64,000 nucleotides of DNA from the human T2T-CHM13v2.0 reference genome, Homo sapiens (GCF_009914755.1 NC_060926.1); one strand, 5' to 3'. Counted from the stretch's first letter, positions 14,335 through 31,220 are shown. Program-made: numbers and translations. The notes: generated by a model not told the origin, from the sequence alone.

Positions 14335-14440
14335 CACTTACTTGGGAGGATGAGAAAGGAGGATCTCTTGAGCTCAGGAGCCCAAGACCAGCCTGAGCAA
14401 CACAGGGAGACCCTGTCTCAAAACAAAACAAAAACAAAAA
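14335..14440 (+). mobile_element. FLAM / Alu left-monomer fragment
   Basis: ttgggaggatgagaaaggaggatctcttgagctcaggag...gagaccctgtctc with a (CAAAA)n tail. Confidence 0.85.
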
Positions 14441-15129
14441 GTACATATTAAGTATGGCACTGTAGAATCCAAATCCTGTTTCCCTAACTGCATTGTCAAG
14501 GAATTCACAATCAAGTTCTTTAGGCAAAAAACACTCTCTCTGGATAATCACATTTGTCTATTAGAGGGAATTTTATTTAAAGGGCTTTTTTTTTATGCTA
14601 AGTTTAGCAGGTTGGTGTAAAGTACTGACTGGGGAGATTTAAGTAATAAGAGGAATAGAATTTTGAATTTTTCATGAGGACAGAATACTGAACTAATTGA
14701 TTTCTATGATTTTGGCTTTTATAAGCAACTCAAGTGTAATTAAGAATATTTTTGTAATAATTTTGAGCAGGGAAACTATTTTTTAGAATGGGGCTCTGTT
14801 CATGCAGGACACCAGAATTTATGTATTTTAAATCGTATAAAAATTTTGCATAGAAACTAGGTAGGCAGATCAAATTAGTATTATAGAAAGTACTCAACTC
14901 TGTGACATGGATCATAACTTACGTTCCACAAAATATTCTGATTCTTCTAAACGGTTAATCTTAATGTTATTGCTGTTTGTTTACATAAAATATGTCCTAT
15001 AATACATCCCTTTGCCCAGGCTTATTATATAAAGTCATGAAGAATAATTTCAATTTTTTTATATTTAAACTAAATGAAGCAATATCTATAATCTCAAATT
15101 CATTATATTTTCTTATGCTTCTCTTTTAG

Positions 15130-15223
15130 ATGTACATTGAAGATGTCAGTTTCTACATGTGGGAAGTAGACATTGAAGGCTTTATGGTTTACAGACAAGA
15201 TCTTTAGAAGATAAGCACTAAAG
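15130..15223 (+). other. MBD5: 94-nt internal non-coding (5'UTR) exon; probably MBD5 exon 2
   Basis: Seen: polypyrimidine acceptor ttttcttatgcttctcttttAG (AG 15128-29), consensus donor AAG|GTAAGT (GT 15224-25), non-repetitive sequence, stops in all three frames. Gene identity is recalled, not verified: 94-nt 5'UTR exon 2 with a full-length L1HS about 10 kb downstream. Confidence 0.65.
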
Positions 15224-15502
15224 GTAAGTAGTAACTATAGCCCCATATATAATTTCATGTAAATGGTTAGGGTTGTCAGATTATAATTCGACTTGTTAAA
15301 CTTGTTTACTTTTTATCACTGCTCCTGTCTAAGTTACCTCACAACTGCATTCATTCATATTCAGACACAAATTTTTATTCCATAATATCATCTTGACAGA
15401 AAGTATCAGATTTCATTTGTAATAAGCGGTTGATTAAAAAATAATAAATTGTAATACACAAGTGCAAACCAGTTAAGAATAAAGAATAAAAAAGTAACTT
15501 CT

Positions 15503-15829
<327 letters not shown>

Positions 15830-16794
15830 TCAGCAGAATTTAATTTGAAAAAATAATTAAACAGAAAAACTATTATTCATTGCACTGTTTTCATGTATTT
15901 ATTAATCAGCCCCTTTAACAAGTTAAGAACTTGTTCTTTATCCACTCCAAAACACTCTGTCATAGTTTCATATACTCATAACATTATAACCCCTGAATAC
16001 AAACCTCTTTTCATTTTATCATGGCTCCCCCAAAATTTCTCTTTACCTAGCATATTCTTTCACGTAGCACGTTCTGTTCATGCCTCCCATGACTGCTTAC
16101 ATACTTAACATGACTAAGTAAATTTCTGAGCACATTTTGTTAAAATTTCAAGTGAGATACAAGGGGAATAAACCTCCAAAAACAATATTTTAATGTTCCT
16201 TGCCAAATGGGGACAATGGAAGCCTGGAGAGTATGTGACCTGTAAACGGGATGCTCCTATTCAGTTCTAGGATCCTTGCTAAATGGAAATGAGATGCTGT
16301 AAAATCAATTCTCAGTAGTTTTTTTAAAGAACAGAAATAAATTTGAAAAATCCTTATTTTTAAATGTCAGCATAAAATTTTTCCTTTGAAAAAAAGTTTA
16401 CTTTTGCTACTACTTAAGCCAAGTAAAACAGTTTACAGCCCCTAGTGCAGGAGTGTTTTTTCTTTTTTCTATTTTTCTTTATTCTCTTAGAGTGCAAGTA
16501 TTTAGAGTCTATTTTTTCTCCTTAATTTGTGGTTAACTGTTTAATGATTTTTGCCAGTTTTCTATAATGAATATTATTGTCAGAAATGACTTCTCTTGAA
16601 AACATAAGTGATATTACTTATTTCTAATTCATTTACATAGTTATATATGGTGACTTGGTTACTTGGAAGAGCTATTCAATTGTTTTCTGAATTATAATGA
16701 TTAGATAACTATTTTTATGGTTCCTTCTTCTCCACAGTCTAAATCAGATCCTTCTAGTAAAAAAAAATTATACATATATATATATATATGTATC

Positions 16795-17114
16795 TTTTAC
16801 TTTAAGAGATGTAGTCTCTTTAAGTTGCTCAGACTAGATTTGAGCTCCTGGGCTCCAGCAATCCTCCCACCTCAGCCTCTCAAGCAGCTAGGACTGCAGG
16901 TGTGCATTAACCATGCCGGGCACTTTCTGGTTTTTGTTGTTGTTGTCGTGTGTTTGTTTGTTTGTTTTGAGGCAGGGTCTTATTCTGTTGCCCAGGTTGG
17001 AATACAGTGGCATAATCATGGGTCACTGCAGCATCAACCTCCTAGGCTCAAGCCATCTTCCTGCCTCGGCCTCCCAAAGTGATGGGATTACATGCATGTG
17101 CCACCTCGCCCGGC
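16795..17114 (-). mobile_element. Two tandem Alu monomers (FLAM-like 16795-16921; FRAM/AluJ-like 16925-17114)
   Basis: ctcctgggctccagcaatcctcccacctcagcctc and gaggcagggtcttattctgttgcccagg...ccacctcgcccggc. Confidence 0.8.
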
Positions 17115-17369
17115 ATCTTTTTTTTAAAAGACCTTTTACACAAAGAGAAAGCAGAGTTAATCACACTCTTAGGTCCATGGGGCACTGTCATTACTGGTTC
17201 ATGCAAAGCACTTCTTGTTTTATTTATTTATAAATTTTCCAGTCTCATTCTCCTGCCCTTGACCCATAGGAAATCATTCTAATATTATGATATTCTAAAA
17301 TAATATCTATTGTACTGTTCTATTTTGTTTATATTTTCATAATGAGTATTGTTTTGCATGCATACATTT

Positions 17370-19110
17370 TAAAATTTTTATATGAGAAATTTCAAATAAA
17401 TGAAAAGGAAAAGAGAGAATATTATGAACCGCCACATGTCTATATGTCAGCTTCAACAGTTAGCATCTTATGGTACAATTTGTTTTACCTCTGACCTCTC
17501 CTCACCCTGACTTATATACATGAAATTTAAATAAGTGTAAGTGATTTCGTGCTGTGTATCTCATTGTGATCCTTACTATTTTATTTCATATAACCTTAAG
17601 TTTTAAACTTTATTTATGTTGCCATGTTTTTACTGCTGCTTACTGCTACATGGTAATCCACAGTATATGGCAGCCATATTTTCACTACCCATTTTCCTCA
17701 GTGTTTGCCATCCAAATTGCTTTCAATTTCCTTTTACCACATGTTCATCATGTCCTATCGTGGAACTTTGCAAGGATTTCTTTAGAATATATACCCAGGA
17801 GCAGAATTGCTGGGTGACAGAATATATGTTTATGATTAATTTAACCAATCCCTATCAGATGCGTCCCCACATAAATACTTTGGTCTTTACAGACTCCAGC
17901 AATAACCTTCTCATCATCCATGCCAGCCCTTAACGTTTTCCAGCTTACTCATGTTTTCAGTCTAATGTGTGTAATTTTATAGATCATTGTTTTGAGTTTT
18001 TTAAAATCACTATTGAGTTTGAGTATCTCATCATATACCTGTTGGCCTTTTGATTTCCCTCTTCTGAACTTGCTTCTCATATTCTTTATATATTTTTTCA
18101 TTTGGGTTCAATTGTTTTATAGGAATTTGTTGTATGTGCTCGATATTAATTTCCTATCAGTTTAGATATTATAAAATATCTGCTTCCATTCTTTCAACTT
18201 TTAAATTTTATGCATGATGTTCTTTAAGTAGACATTCAGATTTTAAATATCCCATTAAAAATATTTTCTTGATGTTTATTGCTGGAGTACATGAGTGCTA
18301 CTGATATTTTTAAAAGTTTATCTTTGTCCTAACTATATTGCTAAACCCTCTTATTCTTAACAGATTGTTCTTTTTTTTGAAACAGATTATTATAATCATT
18401 TGAAATTAATGATAATATTATTTCCTTCCTTCCCATCTTTATATTTAAACTCCTTTCTTCTTTCCTATATCTTTTTTTGTTAGTTCCTCTGGAACTATGT
18501 TAACGAGTAGTAGTGATGTTGGCCATCTCATGTCTCATCATAAAGGAGGTGAACCTAAAGTTTCTCAATTAATACTTACAAAATGTTTTTTAATATATAA
18601 CATTTACCAGATTAAGAAAGGTTCTTCTATTTTTAGTTTGCTAAGCAGTCTTATAAATAGCTATTGAACCTTAACAATGCTTTTTATTATGTGTATGTTA
18701 AAATAATTATAAGGTATTCATCCTGTGGTATATTAATGTTATGTATTATATGTATAGAATTTCTAATATTAAACCATCCATGCATTCATAGTTTGCATTA
18801 TGAAGTATTACCTGATCATGATGTATTATTCTTTAATACACTGTTGTGTTTGGTTAGCAAATATCTGACTGGAGATTTTGGAATCTATATTTTTAAGTTA
18901 AATGCAGTGTAATTTTCTTATTTTCCTCGTTTGGTTTTATAATTAAGATTACACTAGCCTTCTAAAATGAGATGTGCATGTTTGCTCCTTTTAAGAAAGG
19001 AATTTACTGTTTCTTTTAATGTGTGCTAACTCAAATGTAAAACTATCTGGTTCTGGGGATTTTGGTGAGGACATATCTTTGACAATTATATACATCTTTA
19101 ATGCTTTTTG
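17370..19110 (-). mobile_element. Very old L1M (L1MC/L1ME-like) fragments
   Basis: tatatacccaggagcagaattgctgggt and aaaccatccatgcattc are antisense ORF2/3' motifs; heavily decayed. Confidence 0.6.
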
Positions 19111-20443
19111 GTCAATTCAGGTTTCCTTCTCAGCTTCTTCCACTCCCCTTCCAATGGCTTTTGATGGCAGCTGGTATTCTTCTCACCCTCAGGTATACCT
19201 CAGACTGAGTTTCCTTTGAGTCAGGAAATACTGAGCCCACATTGACATTCACATTCACATTCACAGGAAATCTCAGTGCCCACATTCAACTGAGCCATGT
19301 AATGGGCACCCCGCTTTTGGACTGACTGGGAATTGATTGTCCTAACTCTGACCACTGGTCTCTGATCTGCCTGGTCTTGCTTCAGTTAAACTCCCTCTGC
19401 CACATACCTAAATTAATCCTGCACTACGACAGTATCCTGCTTTTGTATAACTAGAAATTTCAGTTAATAATGCCCTGAATTGACTTCCTCATAGCTCTTA
19501 AAACTTCTGGTTATATGTGTCAAGATGAATATTTTGATAAAAGAATAAGTAAAGCATCATGTTCAGGAAAGTAAGTGTTGCAGAAGAAATGAGCAATGAT
19601 ATGGTCTGATGTCCTCTACATTTGATATATACTATATATCAATTTGATATATAGTATGTATCTGATTGTAGTTAACTCCAGGAGATTTTCCCCTTATCTT
19701 AGAGTTTGAACCATATAGTGACCATGTATTATCGAAGAAAAATGAAGGGTATTTCCCCTTACAAAAAGAAAAAGGAGTAAAGATCATAAGCAGGAAGTTC
19801 ATGGACACACTAACAAAAATAAATGAAATAGTAATTATAATCATAATTGTTTATACATTACAATGTGTTTCACCATTTTCAATATTTAAGTTTTTCCCAC
19901 ACTTTGAATGTTTTCTGAATTTATTTTGAATCTTTTATTACTAAAAAAAAAATTGGATGTATATATATCTCTCCTACAAAGAATCTTGTCCATTCTGACA
20001 TCCCTTTGTCTCTTCATCTTCTCCTACCCCATCATTTGCTACTATCTACTTTAAATCCTAAACCATTATGCCCCTATGTTCTCCTTTTCTTAGTTGTTGG
20101 CTATTTAAAAAAACAGCACATTTTCCCAAGACATTTTGTCAGCATTACTTCACACGTCTTTTAATTATCTTCCATATTTGTTTCTATTTAAGGATTTTAT
20201 CAAAAACTGTCTTCTGAGGTCTTGTATGCTTGGAAATATATGTCATCATAGCCTCATAGTTGAATGACTGCATTGTCATATGTAAAAATCTAGGTTTTAA
20301 TATTTTTCCTTCAATACTTTGAAAATCCATGATATTCCCTAATCACATTGTAAAAAAATTTTTTTAATTAATTTAAAAAAATAAAATCCATGATGTTTTT
20401 GGCCTGTTCAACTCCATCATTCCTTCAAATACATCCTTCTTAA

Positions 20444-20784
<341 letters not shown>

Positions 20785-22039
20785 TAGCCTTTCTTTTATA
20801 TTTTCTATATCCTTGTTCTTAGGTTTGAAGATTTCCTCAAACTGATCTTTGGATTCATTAATTTACTCCTCATTTAAATTCTATTATTTATCCAGTCTAT
20901 ATACTTCAAGTATTATATTTTTGTACCTAATATTTCTGCGTGCTTCTTTGTTCTCTTGTTCTTATTATATGCCGCTAATATCTTCCCTTATCTCTTTTAG
21001 TATGTTTATTAGGCTTATTTTAAGTTCTTGGGACATCAGATCTAATAATTCTGCTTCTCTTAGAATCTGTATGCCAATATTTTATTTTTCTTTGAAAACA
21101 GTTGTGCTTCTTCAATGTCTTGATATGTTGACCTGTAAGGTAATTTCCCTCTGGGGATATTGGCTACTATGACATCACATGTGGGAAGAGACTAGTATCC
21201 AGTCTGGCATTTTCAGTGAGCTCAAAGGATGGAAGGTAGGTAGAAAAGCCCCAGGCTACTTGAGAAATCAGTTTATCAAATCTACAAAATGACACCTCAG
21301 ATCTCTGCTTCACCATCTCTCCGCTTCTCCCTGATCCCACCAGGGAGAACAGCAGCCAAAGCTATTTATTGTAATTTACCAGCTTTATGGTTTAGTAGGA
21401 AAGGGCAGAGAAATTACTACCTAAGGTTAGTTGGTCTCCACCTGTTTTCCTCAGCTTTTTATAATTATGGTTTACTTCTGAGGGCATTTGGACTGTAGTC
21501 TGAGTCCCTGTAGATATGGGAACTATAAGTTTTTTACTCAAGTCATGGAATAGTCAAAAGCAGAACTCCAATAGTTCATTTCCTGTTTTATCCTCCCACA
21601 TATTTGAAGGACTGCCTCCTGCCCCAGATCCAAGGCCCAAGCCACCAGCCAGCACACTTACCAGTTCAAAATTGTCCTTTTTCACCCCACTTTCTTCCCT
21701 GGGAGTTTTCGGGTTTTCTTATTTCTTGGCTTTTTTTCTTTATATTTCCTATAGGAGTTGGTCTTTGGAGAGGGAACCAGACAGTGTACTATTCCAACAT
21801 CTTGGTATTATCTTTCTGAAAGAAACTCAAACAAAAGCTATATGTATGTGTGTACCCTTTGACCCAGAGATTACATTTCTAGAAATTTCTCCAAAATGTA
21901 TTATCAAGAACTATTTAATCATGATATTGGAAAACAGTTTAAATATCCAAAAGTGGGGGTTAATTAAATAGATACATAGTCATGGAATAAACTATTCTGA
22001 GTAATACACTACTGATTTCTGGTTTTTTAAAAGATTGAT

Positions 22040-22249
<210 letters not shown>

Positions 22250-22525
22250 TTGATCTGTTTCTAATGACTATCTTTTCTCTTGGTTTTAGGTCACATTTTC
22301 CTACCTTTTAAAATGTCTTGTAATTATTGAATTGATGGGTTTGCGTAGGATAGTTTTTAAATGTGGATATTTAGCATGATTTGCGTATCTCTGTTATAAA
22401 GTACTTCTCAAACTGTAATTATTTCTTTACCTCTATAACACACAGAATGTTAGGACTGAGAAAAGGATGACTGGAGCTGGCAGTTGAATCACTGGTTTAG
22501 TTGCAGTATAGTACTAGAATGAAAG

Positions 22526-22831
22526 TAATACGGTTTGGCTGTGTCACCACTCAGATCTCATCTTGAATTCCAACGTGTTGTGTGAGGGACCCAATGAGAG
22601 GTAATTGAATCATGGGGGCGGGTCTTTCATGTGCTGTTCTCGTGATAGTGAATAAGTCTCATGAGATCTGGTGGTTTTTAAAAACAGGAGTTTCCCAGCT
22701 CAAGCTCTCCCTTTGCCCTCTGGCTGATTGTGAGGCCTCCCCAGCCATGTAGCACTGTAAGTCCATTAAACCACTTTTTCTTCCCAGTCTTGGGTATGTC
22801 TTTATCAGCAGCATGAAAACAGACAAATACA
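22526..22831 (+). mobile_element. THE1A/B solo LTR (MaLR) with an internal deletion
   Basis: taatacggtttggctgtgtc...gtgaataagtctcatgagatctg...tttatcagcagcatgaaaacagacaaataca. Confidence 0.9.
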
Positions 22832-23494
22832 ATGAGTAAAAGGAAATAAAAAAGAAGCAGTCACAATCCTTTCATGTAATTTGTCAACAAGAGGGTAGAT
22901 GCAGCATCATGGAGGAAACACTTTACAATGCTTTGAATATTACCCAAATCAAATTGCCCTTAAAAAAGTAAAGAGAAATTAAAACAGTCATGAAGAAAAG
23001 AGCCTCAAATTAAAATAGAGACTTTTAGAGATTTTTTAATAACAGGACATTTTGCCGTTGTGATTTGGAGAAAGTTTTTCCTTATAGTTTTTAACCAACT
23101 TGAGAATAGACACGAAGAGCCAGATGGGAAGACAACTAAATCTAAACATTTTACAAAACCTTGATAGTGATCAGCATCTAGCCAAGAATTATAAGACATG
23201 AAAAAGTAGGAAAATTAACCCCAAACCACTAGAATAGACAATCAGTAGAAACAGAGCAAGAAATGACAGCAATAATGTAAACAGCAAAGACTTTAAAACA
23301 TCTAATTGTACACATATACAAGGATATAAAGTAAAACATTAAAACAATGAAGAGAGTCTTAGAAAATATATTTTTTAGCTCTAGGAATTCCCACATCTGA
23401 ATGGAATATCCACTGGATGGGTTTCTCAATGCAATAAACATTGCCAATTAAAAAGATCAATAGACTTGAAGAAAGTATGAAAAACTGAACCGCT

Positions 23495-23680
23495 GCTGGG
23501 TACAGTGGCACGTGCCTATAGTCCTACCTACTCAGGAGGCTGAAGTGGAAGAATAGCTTAAGTACAGGAGTTTGGGGCTGTAGTGTGCTATGATCACATG
23601 TGTGGATAGCCACTGCATTCCAGCCTGGACATACTAGCCAGTCCCCAAGTCTAAAAACGAGTAAGTAAAGTAAAGTAAAA
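23495..23680 (+). mobile_element. FAM (fossil Alu monomer)
   Basis: FAM-type ctatgatcacatgtgtggatagccactgcattccagcc; AAAACTGAACC repeated on both sides. Confidence 0.8.
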
Positions 23681-24445
23681 ACTGAATTAGAGAGTAAGAA
23701 AACTGAACCCTCCCCCTTCCTCCATACCCCCCCCAAAAAAAAAACCCAGCACCTAAGTGTCCTGATACTATGAGGCATAACAAATATGGAATTGGAGTTG
23801 CAGAAGGGGTGAGGGCAGAAAAAATATTTGAACAAATATGGCCAAAATTGTTCCACATTGGATGAAAAATAGAAACATAAAAATCCAAGTTCATTTAACT
23901 TCAAATAGAAAAGAAAACCATACCAAAACATATCATTTCTGAAACCAGTGATAAAGAGAAAAGTCATAAAAGTAAATGAAGAAAAAGGCACATCACAAAA
24001 TGCAAAACAAAAATGAACTGACTTCACATCAGAAAAAATGCAAACCAGAAGATAATGGAATGAGATCGGTATCAAAAGATGAAGACTTATAAACCTTAAA
24101 TTCTATAACCAGGAAAAAACATCTAAAATGATGACATTTTCAGAAAAAAAAAATCCACTGAGAGAATTCATTGCTAGCAGACCTGTTACAAGAAATGTTA
24201 AATAAAGTCTTAAGGCAGAAGAAAAATGATGCTAGATGGAAACTCGATCTCTTCAGAAGAATGAAGAGCCCCAGAAATTGTAAATAGATTGGTAAACATA
24301 AAAGACTGTTGTTTATATATTTAAAAAGATAACTGACTGCTTAAGTAAAAAACACTGAAAAATAAAAATGAATATTTTGTTATCACATATGTAGAAGTAA
24401 AATATATGGCAATAGTGCAAAGAATGGGAGGGATAAATTGTAGTA

Positions 24446-24654
24446 CAGGTGGAATATTCCTAATCCCAGAATCCAGAATGGTCCAAAATTCAAAACTTAT
24501 TGAGTGCCTACCCGATGCTCAAAGGAAATGATCATTGGAGCATTTCAGATTTTGGATTTTTGGATTAGGGATTCTCAATCTGTTTAACACAAGTATTCCA
24601 AAATTTGAAAAAATTCAAAATTTGAATGAATTCTGGTCCCAGACATTTCAGATA
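24446..24654 (+). mobile_element. Tigger4a (MER46A) MITE
   Basis: TA|CAGGTGGAATATTCCTAATCC...gctcaaaggaaatgatcattggagcatttcagattttgg. Confidence 0.85.
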
Positions 24655-24824
24655 TTGTGTCTTAAGCTCATTATATTATTAGGAAATTATAGGCTATTAT
24701 TTAAAATTGGGCTGTGATAAGTTAAAGATGCATATTTAAACCCTAGAGCAATCACCAAAGATTTAAAACAAAGAAATATAGCTGATAAATCAATAGAGGA
24801 GATAAAGTAGAATACTAGAGAACT

Positions 24825-25121
24825 GGCTAGGCATGATGGCCAATGCCTGTAAGTAAACACTTTGGGAGGCCAAGGGAGGAGGATCACTTGAGTCCAGGAG
24901 TTTGAGACCAGCCTGGGCAACATAATGAGACCCTGTATCTACAAAAAATTAAAAAATTAGCCAGGCATACTGGTGTAAACCTGTAGTCTCAGAGGCTGAG
25001 GCTGAAATGAGAAGATAACTTGAGCCCAGGAGGTTGAGGCTGCAGTGAGCCATGATTGCGCCACTGCACTGTAGCCTGGGCAACAGTGTGAGACCCTGTC
25101 TCAAAAAAAAAAAAAAAAAAA
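24825..25121 (+). mobile_element. Full-length AluJ
   Basis: ggaggatcacttgagtccaggag...gagaccctgtctc followed by a polyA tail. Confidence 0.93.
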
Positions 25122-25164
25122 TCAATCATTTCAAAAGAAGACAACATTAAAAATAAAAGAACAG

Positions 25165-26066
25165 GGAGGAGCCAAGATGGCCGAATAGGAACAGCTCCGG
25201 TCTACAGCTCCCAGCGTGAGCGACGCAGAAGACGGGTGATTTCTGTATTTCCATCTGAGGTACCGGGTTCATCTCACTAGGGAGTGCCAGACAGTGGGCG
25301 CAGGCCAGTGTGTGTGCGCACCGTGCGCGAGCCGAAGCAGGGCGAGACATTGCCTCACCTGGGAAGCGCAAGGGGTCAGGGAGTTCCCTTTCCGAGTCAA
25401 AGAAAGGGGTGACGGACGCACCTGGAAAATCGGGTCACTCCCACCCGAATATTGCGCTTTTCAGACCGGCTTAAGAAACGGCGCACCACGAGACTATATC
25501 CCACACCTGGCTCAGAGGGTCCTACGCCCACGGAATCTCGCTGATTGCTAGCACAGCAGTCTGAGATCAAACTGCAAGGCGGCAACGAGGCTGGGGGAGG
25601 GGCGCCCGCCATTGCTCAGGCTTGCTTAGGTAAACAAAGCAGCCGGGAAGCTCGAACTGGGTGGAGCCCACCACAGCTCAAGGAGGCCTGCCTGCCTCTG
25701 TAGGCTCCACCTCTGGGGGCAGGGCACAGACAAACAAAAAGACAGCAGTAACCTCTGAGACTTAAGTGTCCCTGTCTGACAGCTTTGAAGAGAGCAGTGG
25801 TTCTCCCAGCACACAGCTGGAGATCTGAGAACGGGCAGACTGCCTCCTCAAGTGGGTCCCTGACCCGTGACCCCCGAGCAGCCTAACTGGGAGGCACCCC
25901 CCAGCAGGGGCAGACTGACACCTCACACGGCAGGGTATTCCAACAGACCTGCAGCTGAGGGTCCTGTCTGTTAGAAGGAAAACTAACAACCAGAAAGGAC
26001 ATCTACACCGAAAACCCATCTGTACATCACCATCATCAAAGACCAAAAGTAGATAAAACCACAAAG
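25165..26066 (+). promoter_or_regulatory. L1 5'UTR: CpG-rich internal sense promoter and antisense promoter
   Basis: YY1 site CAAGATGGCCG 25173-83; RUNX3-region TCTGAGGTA about 25254-62; SOX-like AAACAAAG at about 25632 and AAACAAAA at about 25732; high CpG density 25165-25660. Confidence 0.9.
25397..25612 (-). CDS. ORF0: LINE-1 ORF0 (71 aa, primate-specific antisense ORF)
   Basis: Translation MAGAPPPASLPPCSLISDCC...RCVRHPFL, 71 aa, ATG at 25612-10, in the expected position within the 5'UTR. Confidence 0.9.
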   Translation of the reverse strand: MAGAPPPASLPPCSLISDCCASNQRDSVGVGPSEPGVGYSLVVRRFLSRSEKRNIRVGVTRFSRCVRHPFL

Positions 26067-27083
26067 ATGGGGAAAAAACAGAACAGAAAAACTGGAAACT
26101 CTAAAATGCAGAGCGCCTCTCCTCCTCCAAAGGAACGCAGTTCCTCACCAGCAACAGAACAAAGCTGGATGGAGAATGATTTTGACGAGCTGAGAGAAGA
26201 AGGCTTCAGACGATCAAATTACTCTGAGCTACGGGAGGACATTCAAACCAAAGGCAAAGAAGTTGAAAACTTTGAAAAAAATTTAGAAGAATGTATAACT
26301 AGAATAACCAATACAGAGAAGTGCTTAAAGGAGCTAATGGAGCTGAAAACCAAGGCTCGAGAACTACGTGAAGAATGCAGAAGCCTCAGGAGCCGATGCG
26401 ATCAACTGGAAGAAAGGGTATCAGCAATGGAAGATGAAATGAATGAAATGAAGCGAGAAGGGAAGTTTAGAGAAAAAAGAATAAAAAGAAATGAGCAAAG
26501 CCTCCAAGAAATATGGGACTATGTGAAAAGACCAAATCTACGTCTGATTGGTGTACCTGAAAGTGATGTGGAGAATGGAACCAAGTTGGAAAACACTCTG
26601 CAGGATATTATCCAGGAGAACTTCCCCAATCTAGCAAGGCAGGCCAACGTTCAGATTCAGGAAATACAGAGAACGCCACAAAGATACTCCTCGAGAAGAG
26701 CAACTCCAAGACACATAATTGTCAGATTCACCAAAGTTGAAATGAAGGAAAAAATGTTAAGGGCAGCCAGAGAGAAAGGTCGGGTTACCCTCAAAGGAAA
26801 GCCCATCAGACTAACAGCGGATCTCTCGGCAGAAACCCTACAAGCCAGAAGAGAGTGGGGGCCAATATTCAACATTCTTAAAGAAAAGAATTTTCAACCC
26901 AGAATTTCATATCCAGCCAAGCTAAGCTTCATAAGTGAAGGAGAAATAAAATACTTTATAGACAAGCAAATGCTGAGAGATTTTGTCACCACCAGGCCTG
27001 CCCTAAAAGAGCTCCTGAAGGAAGCGCTAAACATGGAAAGGAACAACCGGTACCAGCCGCTGCAAAATCATGCCAAAATGTAA
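26067..27083 (+). CDS. ORF1: LINE-1 ORF1p (p40) RNA-binding protein / nucleic acid chaperone, 338 aa
   Basis: MGKKQNRKTGNSK...NHAKM; coiled coil, REKG, ARR and YPAKLS motifs intact; T14M relative to recalled consensus. Confidence 0.98.
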   Translation: MGKKQNRKTGNSKMQSASPPPKERSSSPATEQSWMENDFDELREEGFRRSNYSELREDIQTKGKEVENFEKNLEECITRITNTEKCLKELMELKTKARELREECRSLRSRCDQLEERVSAMEDEMNEMKREGKFREKRIKRNEQSLQEIWDYVKRPNLRLIGVPESDVENGTKLENTLQDIIQENFPNLARQANVQIQEIQRTPQRYSSRRATPRHIIVRFTKVEMKEKMLRAAREKGRVTLKGKPIRLTADLSAETLQARREWGPIFNILKEKNFQPRISYPAKLSFISEGEIKYFIDKQMLRDFVTTRPALKELLKEALNMERNNRYQPLQNHAKM

Positions 27084-27122
27084 AGACCATCGAGACTAGG
27101 AAGAAACTGCATCAACTAATGA

Positions 27123-30974
<3,852 letters not shown>

Positions 30975-31017
30975 ACAATGAGATCACTTGGACACAGGAA
31001 GCGGAATATCACACTCT

Positions 31018-31052
31018 GGGGACTGTGGTGGGGTCGGGGGAGGGGGGAGGGA
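31018..31052 (+). other. L1 3'UTR G-rich tract (G-quadruplex-capable)
   Basis: GGGG-TC-GGGGG-A-GGGGGG-A-GGG. Confidence 0.8.
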
Positions 31053-31220
31053 TAGCATTGGGAGATATACCTAATGCTAGATGACACGTTAGTGGGTGCA
31101 GCGCACCAGCATGGCACATGTATACATATGTAACTAACCTGCACAATGTGCACATGTACCCTAAAACTTAGAGTATAATAAGAAAAAAAAAAAATTAAAA
31201 AAAAAAAAATGAAAGAACAG

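Larger units (their letters stand above)
23170..25148 (+). mobile_element. Ancient L1M (L1MC/MD-like) ORF1 and inter-ORF region; 5' half of the element split by the L1HS
   Basis: gacttcacatcagaaaaaatgcaaaccagaagataatggaatga, agagaattcattgctagcagacctg, taaaccctagagcaatcacc. Confidence 0.75.

Noticed and set aside
15130-15207. Possible start of a host protein CDS at the exon's first ATG
   Set aside because: The frame stops inside the exon after 25 codons and the other frames also stop, so it is treated as a uORF.
19211-19272. AP-1 site TGAGTCA next to CAGGAAAT and a short (CATTCA)n repeat; possible enhancer
   Set aside because: Short motifs like these are expected by chance in 64 kb; no independent support.
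23524-24075. 183-aa hydrophobic ORF on the - strand
   Set aside because: It is the antisense reading of A-rich old L1 plus FAM; the F/L richness is a composition artefact.
31081-31090. Calling the L1 Ta (hot) or L1PA2
   Set aside because: The diagnostic triplet is ACG, not ACA or GAG, and the 5'UTR lacks the Ta-1d single-G deletion (gacgggtgat).
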